A DNA stretch of 64,000 nt, taken from assembly GCF_018350175.1 (NCBI RefSeq), contig NC_058368.1, forward strand, positions 17,362,001 through 17,426,000, read 5' to 3'. Source of the DNA: Felis catus (Eukaryota). The notes under the pieces were generated by a model. That model saw only the letters and a program-made list of their open reading frames with translations. It was not told the origin of the DNA and ran no database searches. The position numbers were made by a program, and so were the translations under genes. This document shows positions 48,743-59,964 of this stretch, in pieces; positions within the stretch are counted from its first letter, which is position 1, and each line of letters starts with the position of its first letter.

Positions 48743-49930
48743 AAAAATGGAAATGGACCTGTATGAGAATCATGGAGTCTTTCCTCGTACAAATTGGTGC
48801 TAAGGGTTAAAATAGTCCTAGATTGAGAAATAATAAAGTAGCAATAACAGCAGAATGTAATGACATTTAGATTTTTGAAGTTGGAAATTTGATTTCTGCT
48901 ACTCTTTTGAAAATATCTGTTTAGTTTTGGCTGAGAAACCAATTTAGTCCTTTAAAAAGAAAAAGAAGAAAATATCTTTAAAGATGCAAATGTTTTACAA
49001 ATTTGAAATTTACATAATTGTATTCATTTGAAAACAAGTGAGCTATGATTCTTTGAACAGCTTTCATCTCTTGTAGCCATGATAGCAATAACAAAAGGAA
49101 GAAAACAGGTGTCTTTACTAACCCTAGGGCAAACGATGAATAGGGCTTAAATGTTCAATCAGTCCCACTGCAATGCCTCAGAAATGTGCGAGTTGGCAGG
49201 AAACTATAAATACTACTATTATCTTGCACACACACAGCCACATGTGCATCTAAAAACAACCAAAGATCTCATTTCTAGAAAAAAAGACGGCCCTAACTAC
49301 AGTTTTAACTGAAATGGTTCACATGGAGATTTTCGAGAAGGTCAACAGAGTGGTTATTTGTATAAACATACTATTGTGGGAAGTTTCTTGGGCATTAGTT
49401 CAAAGGTTGATATGTTTCGTTAAGATTTTTTTCCTGGTATTGATTCTAGTGTTGCCTGGTAAAGATGTAAACACTTTCAGAAAATATTGTCTATAGGTTC
49501 AGAGTTTCTCTCACTGTCTAGTTCTCCTTGTTGCCATGTCCTTTGATGTTAAGAACAAAAGACAGATTTTGGTAGTTATTTTGATTTTAATAAGGCATTT
49601 AAACATAGAAGTTCATGGTGTTTTCTATAGTTTTTTTTACCAGAAAGATTATACAGAAAGTTTTGAAGTAAAGAATGCTGATTCCCTCTTGAACTAAAGT
49701 TGATAAAACAAACTCTACTAACGTCAGCCTCATTCTGATTTAATTTTATTGGGGAAAAAAAATCAGAATATTGAATTTGCAAACTTTTAAATAGTGTTGC
49801 TTTCTTATCTTTCAAGTACATTTTGTTACTTTTTCCCTGATATTTGTTTGTGTGTGGTTTTTTTTTAGTATTGTGTTTTAGTAAAAATCAACATTAAAAA
49901 AAAAAAACTTGCTCTAGCAATGACATCTAC

Positions 49931-49995
49931 TCCTTCCTTCCTTGGTTCCTTCCTTCCTTCCTTCCTTCCTTCCCTCCTTCCTTGGTTCCTTTCTT
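49931..49995. repeat. (TTCC)n microsatellite
   Basis: Direct reading. Confidence 0.88.
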
Positions 49996-51234
49996 CATGG
50001 ACGAGGTTTTTTTTCTTCCTCTGAGATTTGTTTATCATTCTTCCTGTAATGCTTCCCTTTTAGTTTTGAAACCATTGCTATTTTCACTACGTAATTAACA
50101 TATTCTTATCCATCCGAAAGCTAGTAGGTGAGCATAAGACATGTGCACTGTCCTTTGTTTATAAAATGTTAAGGCTTTTGGATGAAGGAAAGAACTCCCT
50201 TCAAAAGATCAAAAGCATCATATTGAATAATGTGATGACAATCTGTGCTTTGATTCTCTCAGTAAAGGTTCAACACTGACATTTAAGATATTTTAAAAGA
50301 TCCCTTTAAGGATCTGATTGAGTAAAAATAAAAGGCCAGAGATCACATATATGAGGCTGTTTTGGATGATTGAATACTTTGCAACGAAATAAATGGCAAA
50401 ACAAAAATACTGTTAAAATGTTAACAGCATTGAAGTGTTTTAAATTGTAATTATTAAATGCACAGTGTTCTTTTTACAAGGAGCCAGATGTTGCCTACAC
50501 CAATTACACGATCCTTTGAATACTCTAAGTGAACTTCTACTCCTGGTATTTATTTTTCCAATGTTTGGATCGTCCTTTCATAAGAATTGTCAGTATTGTG
50601 CCTTAGAAAAGAAGAAAGTAAAGAGAGAGATGTAAATTTTTAAGAACTAACCTTAATAATAAAAAGCATGATAATACAAATCACTTAAAATACAAAAAAG
50701 CAATTACTGGTGAGAATAAAAGCTCATTTCTGTAAGGGCCAAAATAAGCATATTACAAAAAGAAGTACAAAGCAGAGTCTGCTTCTGTCGTTTCAGGAAT
50801 TCAAGTTTTTGGCAAGGTATTTTTAAGCCCATTTGCCTATAAAAGGAAACTTCAGCCTGGACAAGGAGTTGTGTGTTTTATAATTGTATTAAGTGCCTGC
50901 TTCCTTCCCCAAAGCCCTCCAGAGCACTCAGTAAATTTATATTTATCCAGCCACTGAGCAGCGTATCTGTGTGTGATGGAATTATTTGCAGAACTTAATA
51001 GCCTTTGTGATTTTCCCATGGGAACTCTTCAAAAGCTAACAGGGGTCTAGTTTTTTTGTTTATTTACTGGGATACTTCATATTTGCTGGATATCGAAACT
51101 TATCCTGGGAAACCAATTACGCAAATAATCTGGAGCCATTCAGCCTTCAATCCATGTCTAAAATAATTCTTGCTGCCACTTGTGTTTCATAACTACCACT
51201 GTTTTCCATCAAAACACATCACATGTTTCATATA

Positions 51235-51257
51235 AATAAAGCCCATATAAAAATAAA
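51235..51257 (+). terminator. Tandem polyadenylation signals, probable FREM2 distal poly(A) site
   Basis: AATAAA at 51235-51240 and 51252-51257, downstream tgattgtggttcattctctggtttc. Confidence 0.65.
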
Positions 51258-51977
51258 CGTGTTAAAATGGTCAAATGATTGTGGTTCATTCTCTGGTTTC
51301 AACTTCACTAAAAATCAACGAACTCGTGCAGTCTGCAATGAGTGTCAGTTATTTCCTTCCTGGGTCTGAAGCCTGAGCTCCTGCAGCCTTCCAGACTGGG
51401 ACATGTGTTCCCACGAATTCTCTGATGCTGATGGAAAAATACAGCCGCTCCTCAGCGGGACCTACCTGCAGGATCTTAGTGCTTATTCACCAGTTGTAGC
51501 AGGTGCAGACACAGCCAGAGGCCGCCAGGGGCCATGTATACTTACAGGAAACGATATATTTAGGGAACTGACTGTCCCAAGGAGCAGGGTGTCTAGATCC
51601 TACTACAGTTATGAAGCTGTGCCCAGCTACACTGATAAGGATGAATCAACTGATCGGGTCCATTGCTGAGAGGCTGACAAGGTAGTCTGGTTGCCTTTAT
51701 GCGAACTTCACTCAAGTCAATGATGATCTGATTTTTGTATGGTCACATTTTTAATATGTGGCCACCAGAATGCAGTACCAAAAAGAAATGCAAAGGCAGC
51801 CTCTTAGAGCCATAAGAAGGATTGTGTTGAAGGATTATACTGAAGGATAATCCCAAGAAAAGGGCAAAATACACAAAAGATGGAATGGAGGGCTGGGGGA
51901 AGAAATGGCCATATTGTAGCAGAAAAGCTATGATTGGCCTCAGAAATGATGGATTCAATTCTTCTCCACTATAAATC

Positions 51978-52175
51978 TTTTTATTTTATTTTATTTTCGA
52001 GAGAGAGTGCACAAATGGGGAGGAGGCTGAGGAGGGGACAGAGAGAGAGAATCTTAAGCAGGCTCCATGCTCAGCACAGAGCTTTGACTTGGGGCTAGAT
52101 CCATGACCCTGGGATCATGACCTGAGCCAAAATCGAGAGTCAGACACTCATCCGACTGAGACACCCACACCCCCC
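51978..52175 (-). mobile_element. Can-SINE (older type)
   Basis: Reverse-complement SINE; flanks tct(c/t)cactata. Confidence 0.88.
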
Positions 52176-53145
52176 TCCATCTTCACTATAGAAGAAAAGA
52201 AAGAAAGCCTGTATGCTAGGAAGTTTCCACGCTGCTAGGGACAAATCCTGGCCTTCAAGAAATTGGAGAAGAGGACCAAGGAAGGGAAGGCTCATGATCC
52301 AGCCACGCCAGATATTGACAGTGGGAGACAAGATCATGCCATAAAGTCGTAATCACCCCAGAGGGAGGCAAACTAAGGGAAAACCCCTCCCTAACCAGTA
52401 TGAGTGAATGTGGACCTGACTAGGGGGGAGAAGTCATCAGGAGCAGAGTTAGGCCAGTCTGAGCCCTCCCTACCCAACAGCCATGCCAGTAAACTGTGGC
52501 AGAGGAAGGTCAATAGCAATTTTTGAAAATCCTACAATAGACTGAAAAGCCTTTCAAGACGTCATGATCTCATCCTAGAAATTTAAATGTGACTAATTGC
52601 GAAATGGTTAAAGGTGGTAGAGAAGACAGAGTAAGATTATATCCAAAGGAAGTAGACACGGGTCAGAGACGATGCAGGGTACCAATCAGGGAGAGAACGT
52701 TTGGGGAAAAGTGTCTGCAAAAAGAGGGAAAAGTATCTCCCCAGGATTTCCTCAGAGTCCGAAACATACGCTACATTACAACATACAGTAGCTGGGGCCC
52801 GACGTGGTTCTGCCACTTTTGATGAGGACAGGAGCCCCTCCCCCCTCCACACCGTCACCACCACTTGGCTTGAATTCTAAAGAGATCACTACATCGAGAG
52901 GCATTGTTATGACCCAAGGGTCGTAAGAGAAGGCCTCAGAGGCAGTGGCATGAATGAAAGAAGTGTTGTTTATAATTCATAGACATGATTTTCTGGGGGT
53001 GTGACCTACACGGAGTATGACTTTCAGGGACATTTTATGTACATTAAAACAAGTGTCTGCTCTGTGTAGATAAATTGGAGAAAATACTTTCTCTATGGAG
53101 ATATTAACCCCAGGCTCATAATTTGGTGTTTTCAAATGGAAGTTT

Positions 53146-53810
53146 TGTTACTATTCAGATATGACAAGGCCAACGGATCAAGAAACAATTGCCGTTGAAA
53201 AGAAAGCACATGATGCTCATAGGCTCCCAAGGGAGACAGCCCATCGCACCACAGGAGCCCCACACACGGAAGCACCAGGGTCAATCATGAGGCGGAGGGA
53301 ACAGGAGAAAGTATGGGCAAGAGCCTTACTTGTAGTTTTTATGGACAGAAACAGCCAAGGCAGGATAAGCAGGATGAGGTTTAGCTGATTTGAATAATGT
53401 TAATGGAGGCTAGGGCATAGTGCTGTCTCTAAAATAATTATTTGGTGTTTATTTTATGTTTGAGATACAGGAGAGACACAGAGCGCGCGCGCGAGAGCAT
53501 GAGCGGGGGAGGGGCAGAGAGAGAGGGAGACAGAATCTGGAGCAGACTCCAGGTTCCGAGTTGTCAGCACAGAGCCCGGTACAAGGCTTGAACCCACAAA
53601 CCGTGAGATCGTGACCCCAGCCGAAGTCAGATGTTTAACAGACTGAGCCACCCAGGTGCCCCGTGCTGTCTCTAAATATCCAGTACCTGGCCCTTGGAGG
53701 ATTGGACGGATGGATAGTAACCCAGAGTATGAGAGGCAGATACTTGGGGTAGGGGCTCTGGATTGCTTGGTTTGCCTATGAAAGGCATTAATTTCTAGGA
53801 ACTGACCAAC
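53146..53810 (-). mobile_element. ERVL-type LTR (possibly MER76-like), interrupted by a SINE
   Basis: tgttactattcagat...aggccaacggatcaaga...ggaagcaccagggtc...gggcaagagcctt...ggctctggattgcttggtttgc resembles a recalled consensus; family name uncertain. Confidence 0.55.
53434..53662 (-). mobile_element. Can-SINE
   Basis: TSD gtgctgtctctaaa (53420-53433/53663-53676). Confidence 0.93.
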
Positions 53811-53854
53811 CCTCTTTGAATCTGTCTTAGGGGCAGAATTAAAGTAGATTCTAG

Positions 53855-54079
53855 GGCCATCTGGGTGGCTCAGTAGGTTAAGCATCCAACTCTTGATTTT
53901 GGATCAGGTCGTGATCTCACGGTTCATGAGTTCAAGCATCCGGCTCTGCACTGACAGCATGGGGTCTGCTTGGGATTCTCTCTTTCTCTCCCTCTCTCTA
54001 CCCCTCCCCTGCTCATTCTCTCTCTTTGTCTCCAAAATAAATAAATAAATAAATAAAATTTAAAAGATAAAAAAACAAA
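53855..54079 (+). mobile_element. Can-SINE (older type)
   Basis: TSD aaagtaga(t/c)tctag. Confidence 0.9.
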
Positions 54080-54285
54080 AAAGTAGACTCTAGAAGAAGG
54101 GCCAGGATTTTTTATCCAGACTCCATGGTATTTAATTATACCCAAAACCAGAGCACTAAGAACAAAGACTTTCAAAACCAAAGTCAAGTTTTGTGTGAGA
54201 GTTTTGTGGGAGGCAAGGCCTGACAAGAAAAAAGAGAGAAGGGTAAAAGCCGACCTATTCTAGTATCAAGGGATTGTGTGAAGGA

Positions 54286-54324
<39 letters not shown>

Positions 54325-55869
54325 AGGCTAGGAGCCTGGGAAGCTGATTAGGTCGGGGGATTACCGCAAGGGCAAAAGAGGCATCTTGCCCCTCCCCTAC
54401 CATTGCCCATTTAAGACCCGGGAAAGAGATCACCCCTGCAGGAATGCCTGTTCCAAGTTCAGGCACAGCCAAATACACTAAGGGATCCATGTGTGTGATG
54501 CCAACGACCCCCAGAAATTGTATTGGCCCAGCATCTGAAGGGCAATCAATGGTCAGAACAGCTGGGGACTCCAGACCCTGCCTGAGCACTGTGTTCAAGG
54601 CCACATCACACCATACCTGCTGCCCAAACAGGAAAAGCACGGACAGGGGTCACCTGTGCTGGCTTTGATCTTCTTGGGGATTACCGTGGTCTGGGCCTAC
54701 AGGTAAAGAGATCGGATGCTTCCCTCTCTCCAAGAGGTTGTCTGTATTTCCTCCTTCCAGCCTTGTCCTCCCTTCCAGCTCCGCTCCCCCAGAAGAAAAC
54801 CAAACGTCACCCTGACTGGGGGCAGGGGTTACTGTATTTTGAATATCGTCTTTGGCATTAACATTCCGGAGAGCTCTGACTTTCCCTCATTCTCCTGTAC
54901 CATTGGCCCCCAAATATACTTCCCTTCAAAGGAGACTTCTTTAGTCAGCCCTTAGTAACTGATACAATAAATGACCCACCGCAGTGCCAAAGAATTAATG
55001 AGGCTTAGTTCGGGAGGAGCGGAGTAATTTGAGTCTCCCGGAGAGTTTCCGATCACGTCTGCACAGCCCCAGAGATTCTGACACAGCTCCCACACCTCCA
55101 TTCCCACGCCACGGGGCTGTGCGGTTTGCAAAAGATCTAGGAAGTGAGAGAACCATGACCTTCAGGGAGAACCACTGGTTTAGAGTTTGCCGTACGTTGA
55201 CAGGAAAGACTGGCATTTTTAGTGCAATCCTGGAAACTAAAGGCAGGGATAATTGTGAGTTTCTGGAACAGGCTAGGAAGAGGTTTTTGCAGTGAGCCCA
55301 CAGAATGTCCTTGTACAGGGGGAGCCTCCCTCCTCAGGTGTCCCAAGCCTGTGGGTCAGTCTCTGCCCCACTGTTCTTAAGATGTAGGGTCACCAAGTAT
55401 CTACCCGGTGGGACTTCCCCGACTCAGATTCTGGCCGGTGTGGATGAGCTATGATAGGTTTCTGCTCCCAATTCTTGTCAAAATGCAAGTATTTATCTTC
55501 GTAGGAAAAATAGGAGCCCTGGTGAGTTAAGAATGAGTGCTAGAGTTATAGAGTCAGTGGAATCTACTAAAAAAAATTTATTAACTGTGAATCGTTCAGA
55601 ATTCATATCAAGTATGATATGGCTTCATGAAAAAAAGCAGGCTACGAAACCAAAGGTAGAATGGGATGCCTATTTCCACTTATATGCAGATAATACCTAC
55701 GTGTGACAGGGGCGCATACGGAGGGGATGTGAGCAGAGATGGGGGTGTGGGGTGGGGGATGTGAGGGTAGGGGGTTATATAGGAAGTATGTTTGCAGTGT
55801 GAAAAGGAGTGTGTGCACATGTGTGTGCAAGTTCTCACAGTCCTGGACACAGGAAAAACCTGTTGTGGA

Positions 55870-56076
55870 GGGGCGCCTGGGTGGCTCAGTCGGTTGAGCG
55901 TCCGACTTCAGCTCAGGTCATGATCTCACGGCTCGTGGGTTTGAGCCCACGTCGGGCTCTGTGTTGACAGCTCAGAGCCTGGAGCCTGTCTCAGATTCTG
56001 TGTCTCCCTCTCTCTCTGCCCCTAACCCACTCGCATTCTGTCTCTGTCTCTCTCAAAGATAAATAAACATTAAAAA
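55870..56076 (+). mobile_element. Can-SINE
   Basis: Full body; degenerate TSD. Confidence 0.92.
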
Positions 56077-56184
56077 AAAAACTGTCGTGAACACCCACAC
56101 TTCCAGAGACAAAAAGGGAATGAGAAGGCTCTATTCGCCCCCCCTCCCCCTCGTACCTCCCCCAAATAAAACTCCGTGATGTTT

Positions 56185-56370
56185 AAGAGCAAGGACTTTG
56201 GAGTCAGACCTAGTTTTAAATCCTAACCCCAAACTAGCTGCAGGATCTGGGGCAAGTTATTTAACCTCTTGACATCCCTTTCTCATCTGCAAAATAAAGA
56301 TACTTCTTGGCATCCATAAAGGGCTTAGCACACTGTTAGCACATAGCAGACATTCACTAAATGGTAACTA
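56185..56370 (+). mobile_element. MIR relic
   Basis: ggactttggagtcagacct...gggcaagttatttaacctct...tttctcatctgcaaaat. Confidence 0.7.
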
Positions 56371-56488
56371 AAAATTCTAGCCCATTGCTCAGAATAGAAC
56401 TCAAAAGAAAATTGCACCATGGCAACAAAAAGTTTCTGACAAAGCAATTTTTAAAATACATCACATCTATATTCTATTCTGTGGCTTC

Positions 56489-56494
56489 TTTATT
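56489..56494 (-). terminator. Candidate STOML3 polyadenylation signal
   Basis: TTTATT on + (AATAAA on -) ~1.3 kb after the stop, followed on - by GT/T-rich sequence. Confidence 0.55.
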
Positions 56495-56818
56495 TTTAGC
56501 AGGTGTTTTGTGTGTGTGTTTTGTTGTTGTTGTTGGGTTTTTTGGTTTTTTGCTTTTTGTTTTCTTGTGTGTTTTTTTGAGGGGGTCAATAGAGTTTACA
56601 AACAATTCTTAATGACTGGTGGCTCTTGGGACTAATAATGGAGTGAAAACATGAAGTCCACAGGAAGATGTTCCCCAGTGATTTCAACCAATGGGTTAGA
56701 TAGGAGCATTCTCATATCTAAACACCATGCCCTGTCCCACCTGCGACAAAGGTGCCAGGCCACTGCGCATTGACTACCACTCTGGGCAGGGGCACGGGCA
56801 CTAAGAGAGGGGAGTACA

Positions 56819-57041
56819 GGGGCGCCTGGGTGGCGCAGTCGGTTAAGCGTCCGACTTCAGCCAGGTCACGATCTCACGGTCCGTGAGTTCGAGCCCTGCG
56901 TCAGGCTCTGGGCTGATGGCTCGGAGCCTGGAGCCTGTTTCCGATTCTGTGTCTCCCTCTCTCTCTGCCCCTCCCCCGTTCATGCTCCGTCTCTCTCTGT
57001 CCCAAAAATAAATAAACGTTGAAAAAAAAATTATAAAAAAA
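56819..57041 (+). mobile_element. Can-SINE, young felid subfamily, antisense in the STOML3 3' UTR
   Basis: Perfect TSD aagagaggggagtaca (56803-56818/57042-57057). Confidence 0.95.
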
Positions 57042-57140
57042 AAGAGAGGGGAGTACAGGCTGCTCTGGGGGTTGGCGATGAGTTTGCAGCTAGGAGCCTC
57101 AGTGCCTGTTCCGTCCTTAACGACCAAATCCATCAGAATT

Positions 57141-57333
57141 GGGGCACCTGGGTGGCTTAGTTAAGCGTCTGACTTCAGCTCAGATCACGATCTCATGGTT
57201 CGTGAGTTTGAGCCCCGCATCGGGCTCTCTGCTGTCAGCATCAAGCCTGCTTTGAATCCTCTGCCCCCTTCTCTCTGCCCCTCCCCCACTTGCACACGCT
57301 CTCCCTCTCAAAAATAAATGAACATTTTTTAAA
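57141..57333 (+). mobile_element. Can-SINE, antisense in the STOML3 3' UTR
   Basis: Perfect TSD aaatccatcagaatt (57126-57140/57334-57348). Confidence 0.94.
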
Positions 57334-57779
57334 AAATCCATCAGAATTTCAAACATCGTGGGAGTCTGTGGCGATTATTGGAAATTTTACTCGGCAATTA
57401 TAAAGCAAACATCTCGTGTAAACAGGTGGCCTATGTGACTTTATAAATTATCTACAGAACGTCCTCAAACCAATCAAAAGTAATGCCGAAATCTTAGTCA
57501 CAGTCACCCAAGGATTTCTTCCCCTCGCTGCAAAAAAGCTCCCGCCTTAAGTCAGGAAGGCCAGCTAACTGATTACAATAAGGATCATGCTGTTCATGCT
57601 CTTGAATAATAAAAGTACACAGCCCTCCTTTTTTTAGCCTCTATGGCATTTCCTCGCTAATGCTATTCCAGCTGGGGAGTCCTCTGCTTCAATAATGCTG
57701 GGATTCTCCGCACTTCTACCGCTGAGTTCTTCTGACAGAAACAACTCCCAAAGCAAAGGCTGGCTACAGCCGGGGGACC

Positions 57780-58004
57780 TCAGGCTCTGTCAGGAACCTT
57801 CTTGTGGTCGTTGTAGCTGACACCACCAATGCCCTCGAGGATATTCATGGGCAGAGGAAACACAATGGTGGAATTCTTCTCTGTGGCTACGGTGGTTAAG
57901 GTTTGCAGGTAACGCAGCTGCAGGGCTATGGGGGACTCGGCCAGCACCAGGGAGGCTGACTTCAGAGATTTGGAAGCATTCATTTCTCCTTCTGCTGCAA
58001 GGAC
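57780..58004 (-). CDS. STOML3: STOML3 terminal coding exon (~exon 7)
   Basis: minus strand ctttag|GTCCTT...TGA; VLAAEGEMNASKSLK...ALQLRYLQTL...NSTIVFPLP...VPDRA*, stomatin-family C-terminal motifs. Confidence 0.95.
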   Translation of the reverse strand, partial: VLAAEGEMNASKSLKSASLVLAESPIALQLRYLQTLTTVATEKNSTIVFPLPMNILEGIGGVSYNDHKKVPDRA

Positions 58005-58693
58005 CTAAAGGGACGGAAATACAAAAAGTTCAGACCTCAAAGTTTACAGGTGTAACTAGTGCTTTCTGCTTCCAGCGGCTGCGGCGGCTGCATACGGACG
58101 CCTCCCTGCCAGCCCCCACTTTCCCACAAGGGTCTCTTCTACTTGCTTCGTTGGTGGGGTTGAGAGTTTCACGTCTTAATGTGATCAGGGGAATATGAAG
58201 AGTTTGCGGGAAGCCGGGAGAGACTGTACAAATTAGGAGTCCCCAGGTTTCATGCGCAAACAAAATAAAAGCCCTGACTTTAACTCAAACTAAGAGAAGT
58301 CTGAAATTCAAAGCCTCCAACTGGCTTCTTTCTGTGGTTTTTACTTATCCTAGGAGATGTTTTTCTTTGAATCTGTTGTCAGCTTCGCCTCATTCTTACA
58401 ACGTGAGAACCAACGTTTGAAGTTCTCTCTGCTCTTGACTACAAGTGCCACCCTGATAATACTAGAAGGCTTCCTTTAGAGCTCCCTCCCCTCCTAGTTC
58501 TCTCCTGCCCAAGACCAGCCGTGAGCGCTCTTTGCCTCTGTGCCAAAGCACCCTCCAAGCCCACTGCTGAGAAGCCGCTGGAGCTTTGCAGATTAATGAG
58601 AGCTGGGGAAGGGATGGGAGCAGAGGAAAACTTGCATTGGTTCACAAGGAAGATTCTGAAGAGGGTACGCGAAAGGTTTCTCTTAGTGGGCTC

Positions 58694-58717
58694 TTTTTTT
58701 AACGTTTACTCATTTAT

Positions 58718-58752
<35 letters not shown>

Positions 58753-58877
58753 CTCAAGCAGGCTCCCCACTCAGCGTGGAGCCTGAGGCAGGGCTCGATG
58801 CCACGACCGTGAGATCGCAACCTCTGCTGAAATCAAGAGTCAGACACTTCTCCAACTGAGGCACCCAGGCGCCCCCC
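58694..58877 (-). mobile_element. Can-SINE (older type)
   Basis: Reverse-complement SINE with (GA)n; flanks tcttagt(g/t)gg. Confidence 0.88.
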
Positions 58878-59103
58878 ATCTTAGTTGGTTGCTGACACTC
58901 TAGGAAACCCATCCATGCAGACGTGAAGACCGTAGGCCCAACAGATTCAAGAGCATTGGAGGCCAGGCTATGCTCGCATTTTGTAATTCTGACCTGGATT
59001 GCATTTAATTACCACCACCACTCCCTTTCAATCCCGTAGGCACTTTAACAATAATGTTCAAAAGACAGGCACCGGTTGGCTACCTCAGAATTACCAGCTT
59101 TCA

Positions 59104-59219
59104 GATGGTGAGTATACCTAGTGGGATGAGCACGGATTAATGTACAGGATTGTTGAATCAGTGTGTTGACAACCTGAAACTAATCTAGCTTTGCCAGTTA
59201 TACTTCAATTAAAAAAAAC
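59104..59219 (+). mobile_element. Short carnivore L1 3' end
   Basis: gttgaatca...acctgaaactaat...tatacttcaattaaaaaaaa. Confidence 0.7.
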
Positions 59220-59261
59220 AAACCACACACAGTCATTAGCTTTAAAAAGTGTAGACTCCTG

Positions 59262-59480
59262 GGGGCGCCTGGGTGGCTCAGTCGGTTGAGCGTCCGACTT
59301 GGGCTCAGGTCATGATCTCACGGTCCGTGAGTTCGAGCCCTGCGTCGGGCTCTGTGCTGACAGCTCAGAGCCTAGAGCCTGTTTCAGATTCTGTGTCTCC
59401 CTCTCTCTCTGCCCCTCCCCTGTTCATGCTCTGTCTCTCACTGTCTCAAAAATAAATATACTTTAAAAAATAAATAAATA
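59262..59480 (+). mobile_element. Can-SINE
   Basis: TSD tgtaga(c/t)tcctg. Confidence 0.93.
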
Positions 59481-59829
59481 AAAAATGTAGATTCCTGAGC
59501 CACAAGAAACTCTGCTTTGCTGAGTCCGAGGTGAGGCCTGGGAATTAGTGTTTGCTGCCTTAAGTTCTCTCTAGGAGACTCTGAAATGCAGCCCGACTTA
59601 GGACCCGCCTCGCAGAGTCACCCCTGACCCGAGACCTCTTGCCAGACTTCCTCAAGGTACGTGAAGCTGCCCATTACCTTTTAATTCAGGAAGAAATTCA
59701 CAGTAAAGACCGTGAAAAAAGAAACCCTTTTCTTAACAAAATAATGGAGAACGCCTGATCTTCCATTCAAGGTCTGTTCCTGTCTGCTCCAAGGGAGGCA
59801 TCTTGCAGTGTAGACAGAGTAGCCCTTAC

Positions 59830-59964
59830 CCTGGCCCTGGCTTCCCGGGTCGCCTCTGCCTCGGCTGCCATGGATCTCTGTAACTGCATGGGAATCCGGA
59901 CGTCTTTGATTTCCACTCGGGCCACCCGGATCCCCCACAGCTCGGTGGCATCATCAAGTAAGGT
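59830..59964 (-). CDS. STOML3: STOML3 coding exon (~exon 6)
   Basis: minus strand aaacag|ACCTT...CAGG|gtaagg; 135 nt; [45 protein letters not shown]. Confidence 0.95.

Larger units (their letters stand above)
44996..51280 (+). other. FREM2: FREM2 long 3' UTR (end approximate)
   Basis: Follows the stop codon, is repeat-poor and ends at tandem AATAAA followed by GT/T-rich sequence; agrees with recalled long FREM2 mRNA; the end is inferred. Confidence 0.65.

Noticed and set aside
54266..55346. Cluster of 70-124 aa ORFs between FREM2 and STOML3
   Set aside because: Overlapping on both strands in mildly GC-rich DNA, with no recognisable domain or coherent splice pattern
56412..56426. RFX X-box-like gcaccatggcaac near the STOML3 3' end
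   Set aside because: Only one good half-site, far from any promoter; compatible with chance
8981..59455. Recurrent MAQSV.RPTSAQVMISR... ORFs resembling a peptide family
   Set aside because: All are Can-SINE translations, mostly from GTG starts; not genes
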